A stretch of 61,207 nucleotides of DNA from Phoronis australis (Eukaryota; Animalia; Phoronida), in the NCBI GenBank assembly GCA_002633005.1, contig NMRA01000321.1:119775-180981 (forward strand), given 5' to 3'. Shown here one piece after another: positions 51,410 to 61,207 of the stretch. A model generated the notes under the pieces. The model was not told the DNA's origin and did no database searches. It was given only the letters and a program-made list of their open reading frames with translations. The position numbers were made by a program, and so were the translations under genes. Position 1 is the stretch's first letter. Each line of letters starts with the position of its first letter.

Positions 51410-54400
51410 TTAAGTTAGGCCTAACTTCTGATGAACTTCGCATTTTTGTAGTTTCATTGCATAAATGTAGTTTTTAGTTAAACGTAACATGATCACTAAG
51501 CTGTGGTATGGTTACAAAAGATGACAAGCCTGGTGTGGTGGCAAAAAATAGCTATTTAAAAAATAACTCAAAGCTTCATAAATCTAAATATGTTTGAACA
51601 ACTTCAAAATGAGCTCTCCCTAACTCTACAGGCGCAGTGTTCAGTAATCCAGTGCCCTTCCCTCTGCTGATCGAATTTCTCAATTTTGGAGAGAAGTTCA
51701 GTTGAACGCCAGCTTACGGGTATATTAATAACAAAAATGTACCTCTGCTACGAAACAAAACGATGTCCATCAGTTCGAAATAATTGAAAAATAGTAAGAA
51801 AGTCCTTAAAGCCAAACTTCAACGGAATGTTGTTACTTTAGGCGTATTAGGCTAACCAGATAGTCCTAGCAAAGCCTTAGTAAAATAAGAAAACGCGAGT
51901 TCAACCACGCAAGTGTAAGCCCGTCAAATGATACGTGAAGCTGCCTTTTCGTGCCATGTTGCGCCACCGCGAGATCCCAGCACAAACAACAAAAGGTTGT
52001 ATTGAATAGGGGTCTGAATAGGACACCATTGCGTGCTGGTGTTATTCGCAGCTGTTTGAATTAAAAGGTGATTCTCGCGGTGACATAGACAAAAGCAAGC
52101 TAATGCGCTTAACAGTTCGTTACATTTGGCAATTTATGGCACAAGTGGGCTCAGAGCGATGCTCTTAACCTACTGTAAGAACCAAATTTACATTTGTTAC
52201 CATTGAAGATGTTTCCGGAGACTACCGCTAGACTTAAGTGCCGAGCCGGTGCCGAGACAAAGGCGGCCAGATCAGTGAAACTCCGGAGTCAAAGTCAGAT
52301 AGGCTACACTATAGCCACCAAACTGAAAAATGCGTATCTTTGAATAAATATATGTGTGTTTAACCTTCGAGTAATCAAGCAACATTGCCATGTTCAGCTG
52401 CTCATGTGCATGTGTCCGTTCACACAGTTCACACCTTTTGACATCACTTTTCGGCTTAGGAGAGGCCCAAAAATGACGGGATATTCTTCTCGAGCTGCAT
52501 AACGTCTGTCGGAATTACACACGTGATATCAACACCGTTTCACCATTCTTATCGCACAATTTCTTGAGCTATAGACTAAAATAAGTTTTACACGACAAAG
52601 TGTTGTTCGTCGGGTAATGGCGGCTTGGAAACGCAGACGAAGGTGTGTCAAGAACGTTGCGTTCTGATTTGTCCGTTTTAATCAGTCAGTCATAATCCAT
52701 GCGACAGGTCCATTCTTAGGGAAGTTGTCCAGGTTCTTCACCCAGACGCCCATAAGCACCGAATTTTTTACCGTAAACTCACGGGTTAACGCCCAGGGAA
52801 ACCACCACGAGACACGGATGGGCGATTACCCAAGCAGTTTGCGCTTAAACCGAAAATTGGCAAAAGTCGGGTGTGAGGTTGCTCACTAAGTAGTGGCCGC
52901 TTGCGTCCAAATTTACTGGGCAAGCGCGCGGGGTGTCCATTCGAGCTCCGAACTTGTAAGTTTGGTCAGTCAGCGAAACTCGACAACCACGTTCTCACGG
53001 CTCAAACAGAAACAGATTTTCGACTTTGAAGGGGTGATTTCGCGAGACCGTTGCTAAATACTGAGATGTTTTCAAATACCGGGTATGTTAGCGCGATGCA
53101 AAATGTCATACCGTACTGGAACTTTATGAAATTTCGAATGGCAGTCCACTTACCGTGTCAGCAAGTACTGTTTCAGATCAGTGAGTGTGACTACATTTGG
53201 TCTCCTCGATTAAAACACGGAGGATTCGTTCCCGGCAGCAAACGTGACCCAGTCTCTCAGTACACTTGCGACGTGGTGTGAGCCGGTCAGACGGGATTAG
53301 ACTACTCTGGGAATAAATCTGAATTAAGTTGAGCTGTCCCAAACATACAATATGAACTCAAGCGCATATGTCGTGTTAAATGTGCACGTGACTTGTTTGA
53401 GGCTTGACACTGAGAGATTTTCCTTTCAATGAGTAAAAGCCAGGGACAACGCTGGGAAGAAAGACCTTGTGATCCGTTTTGAAATCCAAATACGTCACAT
53501 GTAATAGCTCGTGAACTCCCTAAATGTCACGAGTGTAAAAATTATTGAGAGACTAGCTGAGACGCGTTTGCTCCCCGGCCCTATCCACTTTGCAATTGCA
53601 ACGAGAGGGGGGTGTGATTAATTGCTCAATTCAAATCTGGGTCGACCCGGGAGGTAAATCTAGCAAAATGACGTGCACCATACGTGGACTTTGTACGCGT
53701 GGACGTGAATAACTTCACAGTCCGATTGAGATTATTACTGAACGATGACTATAATCTCGTTGTAGAAAAACGCAAGGTCTATAAAAATCTACGGAGTTGG
53801 CCCATATTAAAATTTAACAAAAGATCAGTTAATAAGTTTAGGAAAAGTTAGTTGCAGCACTCAAATTATTCCACAAATGCCGGCTAAAAACGCACTTGAA
53901 AAGACTATCGTGCGTAAGTATGCCGTGTCAGTTTTCCACAAACACGGAAGTGCGAGCCCGAAGCAAAGCTGCGAACAAAAGCACAAGTTCAAGCTCAAGT
54001 TCTGTTAGCGGTAAGTTGGGGAATGGGCGATAACCAGCATGCGTGCTCGAATGAGCCCCCCGCTCACATTTGGCGAAGTGGGCAAAAAGGTCCGCCTCAG
54101 AGAAAAAAAGTCCGTGAAAAGTACAAAACGAGATGAAAGTCCACCAAAAAGGCAAAAATTCGGTGAATGCGCAATTCATATCCCTGAACGCCGTACCCGT
54201 TTTATTTTTTTAGTAAACAGTCCACATCCCCAAAAATTCTGCATGGACAAAGAAGAACTGCATAGATTAATTGGTGAATTTTGATTTCATTGTATTTATG
54301 TCAATTTGATTGTTAAGTTAAATAAATTTCATTTATGAATGAGTAGCTTTGGTCTTACGAACAAAATGGGAGTTGTTTTTTTTTCTAACTGATTCAGCTG

Positions 54401-56614
54401 ATGAAGGTTATGGAAGATAAATAGTAGGGCACAGATTTCAAAGTTACTTGGGTTCCAGACCAACCTGTGCACGTAGTTGCCAAAATAATTGTTAGTTAAT
54501 CATGTTTTGACCTAACATATTTCAGTTACTTAAATCAACTGAGACTTAAAAACATGTTTTATAGAGCATGCATGAGCATGTTTGAGAGAAGTGAATTTCT
54601 ATTTTGGTTACATGAACGGAAATTAAATAATTGAATCAGGCACAAAGTAAGAGATGTGCATTGTATATTACAGAGGTTTGCCATCGCCACCAGTCGTAGT
54701 GAGTCTCTGCACTATCCATACCATGTGCTGATAACCATACTGGTTAAATGTACAAACTCATCTGCCTGTTCCGCTCATAGGAAAGAGCAAATTGTTGCCA
54801 AGAGTTAATGAGATACTGTTGACATATTTGGCTATCACAAACACATTCTGCTACTTGGTGTCGCTTTTCTATTAAATTGACCAATCAGAGCAAGATTGTA
54901 TTGTTGTGCCAAAGACGCTAACAAGACTATTCACCAAGGCCGCCGCCATTATTGTGTCATGGACCGTGGCGACACCTAGCGGGTGTGTGTGGGCCGACAA
55001 AGTACGCAAGGCATTCACTATGGCCGATCTTAGTTTGTCAAATTCAAAATTGTCAGTGAAATGTCTTCGTTTAAAATATTGAAAACAAAAAACACGAGCA
55101 CTGTAATGGAAAGATACACATAGGCAAAATATAGAGTAAACNTTTTTTCATAGCTAAAGCGCCAAACACAAGCTAAACGCAACACAATCGAGTAACGGTC
55201 ATGACATCGTCAAGACAAGGTAAAAATTACAAAGCCCATTACACCAATTCTCAGATTCAAGCATTATAGAGTAGTAATCATCCGTTGAACGCTTTAGTGA
55301 CACGGGAGTTGCGTCGATCCCAAATTAGCGTTTCTAAGATTTTCCTTGTCCGAAAGTCGCGGGACAAAAATCCGACGTTTATGACATTGTCCGAAATTCG
55401 AGGATCATTGAAAAACAGTTTTTGGACCTTGTACGAATTTCGTGGACTATGAAAAACTCATTTCGGAAATATTTATTCTTGGTCGAAAATGGCGGGCCGT
55501 CCGAAAATCACGCGACTTTACCGTAAGTATTTGCAACATTTTTCATAATCTTGTTTCAGAGTAGGGTGTTTACCTCCCAATCTGCCAAACTGCTAATGTA
55601 GAATCATGATGAAAGGTGGCTGGTGTGTTCTTATGGAGTCCAGACACAATAGCTGTCTTACGTTGCAGTCCCTGGAGGCTATTTCATGTTGACGTATTGC
55701 TCTCTTTAATGGGAATTTTTAAATTATGATGACCCCTTGTATCTGTGCTGTTCACGATGCACACGCTGTTGGCATATCAAAGCTTTACAGTGCCCTTTTC
55801 ACTAACCATTGTTGCATTCCCCATCAACTCTAGCGTGTGTTGTGCTCTAGTAACAGAGCCTATTCAAATTCGGGTTGAGATCCCCCCAAGACTTCCTTAG
55901 TCATTTCCATTAGTGTAGACATAAACTTGCACAGTATGAATATTATACCAATTTGGATACACGAACATAAACATGTTTTTCTGCTAGTACCTCTGTATGG
56001 GGGTGAGTATGCTGACTGGTGAAGTGCTTTCTAATAAATCAGTGTAAGTCCCCATATTACTTGTGGGAAATAATAAAGCATCTACTAAAGTGTTGTTTCA
56101 ACTAAAATAAACAGTACTATGGAATTCATAGTGGCAATTGACAAAGACACCGTCACATTCCTGTCGTGATTGAAGTTACAGCAGTGGTCTCTTTGCGATG
56201 TATGACATCACACATGTTCAATGAAGTCACCGATACGAACATTTAGTTGGTGCCATTGTTTGAGTACGTTGATCTCTTACGACTTCTCAATTTTTTTAGA
56301 ATAATATATCATTGGGATGGCTGAAAAGACACCAAAAATGTCACAAAATGAAAAATGATACTACTTTATGAATCTTGCTATTCGAAATAGCCTCAACATA
56401 ATATTTTACATACTTAGCTTTTCTCGATTCCTTGTTTACTAGAGGTCATAAAAAGGCCAGTTACAAAGTTGAAACTAAGCTTGAATGATAGTTGGAACCA
56501 TAAATCTCCATGAGATTGTTTAACCATCACAAAACAACCTAAATCCGACAGAATCAAGCAGGTCCAGGTCAAAGATTTGTGAAGTACGTCTAATTGTTAC
56601 TGCATTTGTTGCAG

Positions 56615-56808
56615 GTGGTCTGGCCGACTACATAGAGAGAAGATCAGCACACACGTGGTGTTTGATCAAGAGTTAGATCTCCATCCATTCTGCCACACGA
56701 CTTGTGACGCTGGTAGTCATGTCTTCACGTTGTCGGCTGTGGTCATACACCACGGTCGGGGCTTCGGATCTGGCCATTACACGACCTACTGCTGGAATGA
56801 GGATATTG
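56615..56808 (+). CDS. USP44/USP49: USP44/USP49-like ubiquitin hydrolase, penultimate exon (WSGRLHREKI...LSAVVIHHGRGFGSGHYTTYCWN)
   Basis: ttgcag acceptor and GTGAGT donor. His-box HHG.GFGSGHYT and RWSGR..REKI are characteristic of USP44/49. Confidence 0.93.
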
Positions 56809-58064
56809 GTGAGTGCAATGGCTCTGTTTTGATAGATTTTTCATAGTGCCGGGTTATCCAGTCACCTACAGGAGCTCAACCTCACTGGTAGAGGCCTGTC
56901 TTGTAAAATTATACCACTCACGGCAACTATAAGGTCGGAAATTGTGGCAGCCAGAGGTTTAAAATTATGGGGAAGGGTGGAAAATTTCTGTGAATAGGAA
57001 AATGTCAGCTTGGGACTGTAAGTGAAAATTGTGGTGACTCTGCGGGGGGGGGGTAAACTGTGATGACCGGGGTGAGGGTGTCAGATCAAATGTCCAGGGC
57101 TCCCAGACTTCTTATACAACATAATCCAGTGTTATCTGTTGCCAAATTTCACAAAAAATGTTTATGTTTTGTTTGAATGTTCCTGCAGAGCTCAGAACTT
57201 AACATAGTGACTTGGCAAAATTCCCAGGTCACCAAACAGTAGAACATGAAATAAAAAAATACATGAAGTGAAATACTCAGAAAATGTTTGTTGGGGCACC
57301 TAAGATTGTTCTGCATTTTTTGCTCAACAGGACAATTAGGTGTGTCCCCCACGCTCAGTAATGATCAATTCTCCCTCTCGGGTCCAATATCCCGCACACA
57401 GCTACAGGCTCACCTCCTAAGGCAGGTGAAAGCAATCGACACACATTACCTTTGCCTGGCTACTGAACTGGTTCATTTTGTTCAAACAAGACTTCTGTTT
57501 GTTCACTTTTTGTAGTAGTTTGAGGTTGTACATGCATGCCAAGAATTGTATGATGACACTTGGTTTACGTCAAAATCCAACTGCTGCCTGCTGGTTTGGT
57601 AATTGACACAGTTATGTTGCACACACAGCAGAATTAATGAGTAACATATAATTAGAACATTAAACAAATGTTTTAGTTTCTAAAACTCAAGTTTCTTATC
57701 CAATTTTCGAAATTCAAAAATCTAATCACGAACTATTCAAATATGCTACATGAAAACTTTCAAAATGAAAACTGAAAAATACTATTGATGCCCTCAATGT
57801 GTTTATGATGGTGTAGTTATCTAGGGAGCGATAACATCAGCAGCCTGAGATGATTTAATTAACCACACTATCATGGTGCCTTTGATCTGAACCGGCAGAA
57901 TCTGTAGTGCGCAAACCGGTCAAGTTGCCCAATCTCAGTTAAGGTGTTGACGTAGGATTCTTTTCATGTGGCTGTGTACATTGTGAGGTGAGCCTTTGTG
58001 GCTGCCATATTTCATTCTACGTTTTTCATGGTGCTCTCTTGAGCCCTATCATTACTTAACAACT

Positions 58065-58228
58065 TTGTAATCCTGTTTTTTGTGTCCACTGATCTCTTGG
58101 GCCCAGTGCAATGTTATTATCAGTATTGCAACCCTGTTTTTGTGTCCACTGATCTCTTGCGTCCAGTGCAATGTCATTATATTGCAACCCTGTTTTGTGT
58201 GCCCAGGTTCCTGGACCCATTGCAATGA
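58065..58228 (+). repeat. Three ~58-bp tandem copies of the intron/exon junction of the last USP exon
   Basis: TTG(C/T)AA(C/T)CCTGTTTT(T)GTGT...CCA(G/T)TGCAATG occurs three times; the third copy contains the functional acceptor. Confidence 0.85.
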
Positions 58229-58499
58229 TGCCAGGGTGGAACTGTGTCCTGTTGCCGAAGTGATGAAGTGTCAAGCGTACATACTAGTGTACACACTCAA
58301 GACTCTGCCCCCATGTGACACCTCAGGTGATTTCTTCAACAATGAAGATGATGATGATGGTGTTGGTGGTGATGATGATGAAGATGAGGTCATTTTCAAC
58401 TTCAAAAAGCCGGGGCTGTCAAAATCTCAGAACAAAAGGCGACCGTCCACAGAAGAAGTGCAGAAAATAACAAAGCGAAGACGAACCACTACGTGGTAG
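58207..58499 (+). CDS. USP44/USP49: USP44/USP49-like last coding exon (GSWTHCNDARV...QAYILVY...KRRRTTTW*)
   Basis: cccag acceptor in phase with the 56808 donor. W.HCND and QAYIL.Y USP motifs, then an acidic tract, a basic NLS-like tail and TAG. Confidence 0.93.
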
Positions 58500-58745
58500 T
58501 TTAGTGTTACAAAGAGCACTAGTTCTCTTTTGTTATTTATTATGTTTGATAAGTGTGATTGCAGACATGTTATTATTGAAAATTGCTATGTTACAATTGA
58601 TGAGAGAATTTTGTAAAGACATGGCTAATTGTAAAGATGAGACACACGTCTCATGGTGTCACTTCCAGATTTGGTTGAATTTTGTTTTTGAAAGGCCAAC
58701 TTAAGTGTTATACGTAATGTGAATTATGCCCCCTTATGTTTCATG

Positions 58746-59166
58746 ACAGCTACAGTACAAGACAAAAGTAATCGGACAAAACAGCTACAGTACAAGACAA
58801 AAGTAATCAGACAATACAGTTATAGCAAAAGACAAAAGTAATCAGACAATACAGCTACAGTACAAGACAAAAGTAATCAGACAATACAGCTACAGTACAA
58901 GACAAAAGTAATCAGACAATACAGTTATAGCACAAGACAAAAGTAATCAGACAATACAGCTACAGTACAAGACAAAAGTAATCAGACAATACAGCTACAC
59001 CACAAGACAAAAGTAATTAGACAATACCGCTACACTGTACAAGGCAAAAGTAATCGGACAATACAGTTATAGCACAAGACAAAGGTAATCAGACAATACA
59101 GCTACACCACAAGACAAAAGTAATCAGACAATACAGCTACAGTACTAGACAAAAATAATCAGACAA
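58746..59166. repeat. 35-bp minisatellite, ~12 copies
   Basis: Unit ACAGCTACAGTACAAGACAAAAGTAATCAGACAAT starting at 58746, 58781, 58816, 58851, 58886, 58921 and onward. Confidence 0.97.
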
Positions 59167-60744
59167 GACATTGTTTCTCCGTCATGACTGCTAATTTAAT
59201 GAACAGCAAAAGTGGCAATTAATAATTATTCAGATGGAAAAATTCTAGTTACAGAATGGCTTAGCCTCCTTAATAACTTGTCTTTGAATTCCCTTCATTC
59301 TGATTCATAAGGGAGACTACTGTGACAGTGATGCCCACGTAAACCAGGAAATGTATTTAAAGTTGTTTAATCATAGAACTGACATCGTACCACAAAATAT
59401 TTAAAAGGATTCCAATAACCTATTTAATTAGAAGTGGTTCTTCCTTGTAACTTTCACATTTTCAACACCATAGGTGCCTTCGATTAGGTAGCTGTTACGG
59501 AAAAACTAACTTGGTGATCAAACACTTTTTTTAGCAAAGACCAAAATACAAAATGTGAAAGTTAAAAAAGTCTATGATACATTTTGGAACCTCTTTTAAG
59601 GTACTTTTTTAGATCTTATTGTATACTAGCTAATTTTGTTATGTAGCAGATATTGACTGCTGGTGTTGACTGGTCCTCTTAGGTCATCACTCCATTCATT
59701 TCAGGTGAAAGTTTTAACCATATATCGTTTATCCTAGTCAATTCAAAGGTATCATTAAATTTATTTTTGTTTTCTGCTAGTTCACCAGCAATATGGTTGC
59801 TTGTCAGCCATATTGTGCATTAAATAAGCAAAGAAGTACTAGCATTTGTGTAGATATTATGAAACATCACAGGCATGTGTGTATCCAAGTGTGTATCTCA
59901 CTGACATTTTGTGAGCTGACCAATGTCAAAACATGTGAAGGAAGTTTAGTTTATTTATTTGTGAGTCTAGTTTTTTACTACTTTTTAATTTGAAGTGACC
60001 TTCCAAAATAAATTTATTTTTATTTATAGGTATCTTGTTCATTGTTGTTTTTTGATGGATCCAAGTTAGAGATTTGAGAATTTCATGTTTAAAAAAATTG
60101 TAATAGCCTAAAATGTTCTAGTGTGAGTTCTTTTGGACTCATCATACCTCAGCAAAAAGTACTCCTGATAAAAGAGCACTGATTAGAAATTAGAAACGGT
60201 TAATGTGGGAAGGACGTGTTTGTGAAAGTCTTTGATTAAGTAAAACCATCGAAAGTCTCAACACTATGAGGAGATGTCTCCAGTTACAGTCAAGTAAANC
60301 AAGTAACCCCCCCCCCCCCCTGACAACTGGAAACTCAGACATGTTTACACTGCTTAATGGCCCTCGCTTGTCGTTTGGGGCCTGTAGCTGGAAATTTCTA
60401 GATACTGATAGCTTAATTGTCTAGTAATTTATGTATATTGATTCACTACTCATGTTTTCAACATATAACATCTCACAAAGCCACATTGAGCCTACACAAT
60501 TTGGCACTCAGGTAGTTGGCATGTGTTGGTGCCTTAGGTCTGCCCACACCGGCAGGCGGAGAACTATGAGTTCAGTGGGACCGACCAGTGCCACAGTGAT
60601 TTATTGTATGGGATATTGTTAGTGGATAATCAGGACATCTTACATAAAAAATAAATCTGTTTTTCCACCACAAAGTTCGGTAAGTTTACGGCTGTCAGAT
60701 TTAGTACGAAACGTAGCTGTTGTATGGGTCTTTACATGGCTGCA

Positions 60745-60862
60745 CATGTCGTGAACACATCCACTAAAACAAGAAACTGTAGGAACACCGCATTTATCCA
60801 CCTCATGTCGTGAACACATCCACTAAAACAAGAAACTGTAGGAACACCGCATTTATCCACCT
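60745..60862. repeat. Perfect 59-bp tandem duplication
   Basis: CATGTCGTGAACACATCCACTAAAACAAGAAACTGTAGGAACACCGCATTTATCCACCT at 60745 and 60804. Confidence 0.95.
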
Positions 60863-61207
60863 TCACTCTTATCAGGCTTCTATTGTGAGTCAGCATGCGT
60901 GAATAATTGGCTGATAAGCCACCTCTGGAACTACTTTGGGCTGAATGAATGACCAGGCCATAAAATGATAATTAGCCAAGACCAGTTACTATAATGCAAC
61001 AAAGAACAAATAATAATGTCTTGCATCACCTAGCCTTGGTGCCGGAAAGCTGTATACTGTATTGGCTCAAACAAACGCTTAGAAAAATTCATTTCACGGG
61101 GAGGGGACGCTTATTGTAGTGAGCCTACGGCAGTTGAAACCCGGTTTCCCAAACGGGTAAAATCGGAAGCTAGGATTCATCAAATTTACGCTCTGTGACG
61201 TATTTGT

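Noticed and set aside
53170-53480. Possible 28S rRNA-derived fragments (TCAGATCAG, CTGAATTAAG, GGGAAGAAAGACC)
   Set aside because: Only short scattered words with no continuous similarity.
54398-54420. CTGATGA hammerhead core candidates (also ~51428 and CTGAGGA ~7586)
   Set aside because: No stem II followed by GAAA at a suitable distance.
58746-59166. CRISPR array (35-bp unit)
   Set aside because: Units are head-to-tail with no unique spacers; an ordinary minisatellite.

Overview
Animal genomic DNA, probably a marine invertebrate, with GT-AG introns and no prokaryotic features. Left: eight in-phase internal exons of an SLC10A7 orthologue (+, 1480-11582); exon 1 lies upstream of the window and a possible last exon lies at 16047. 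Right: the last two coding exons of a USP44/USP49-like deubiquitinase (+, 56615-58499). Between them is about 40 kb of decayed, nested transposons. These include a HERO-type RLE retrotransposon, an RNase H-bearing I-group LINE, two Gypsy elements, a BEL/Pao element, a solo LTR, three Kolobok-like TTAA elements with THAP remnants, two AcademX-like elements, and pogo-like and Sola2-like fragments. Several have termini and target-site duplications (TSDs) readable base by base. I found no convincing wholly new biological system. The most notable points are a resolvable multi-level nesting, an ~80-bp duplication around the HERO element, two-gene Kolobok deletion derivatives, missing upstream USP44/49 exons with an all-antisense retroelement bias, a triplicated splice junction, and a 140-bp higher-order array at an Academ end. 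Family assignments rest on recalled motifs, not database searches.
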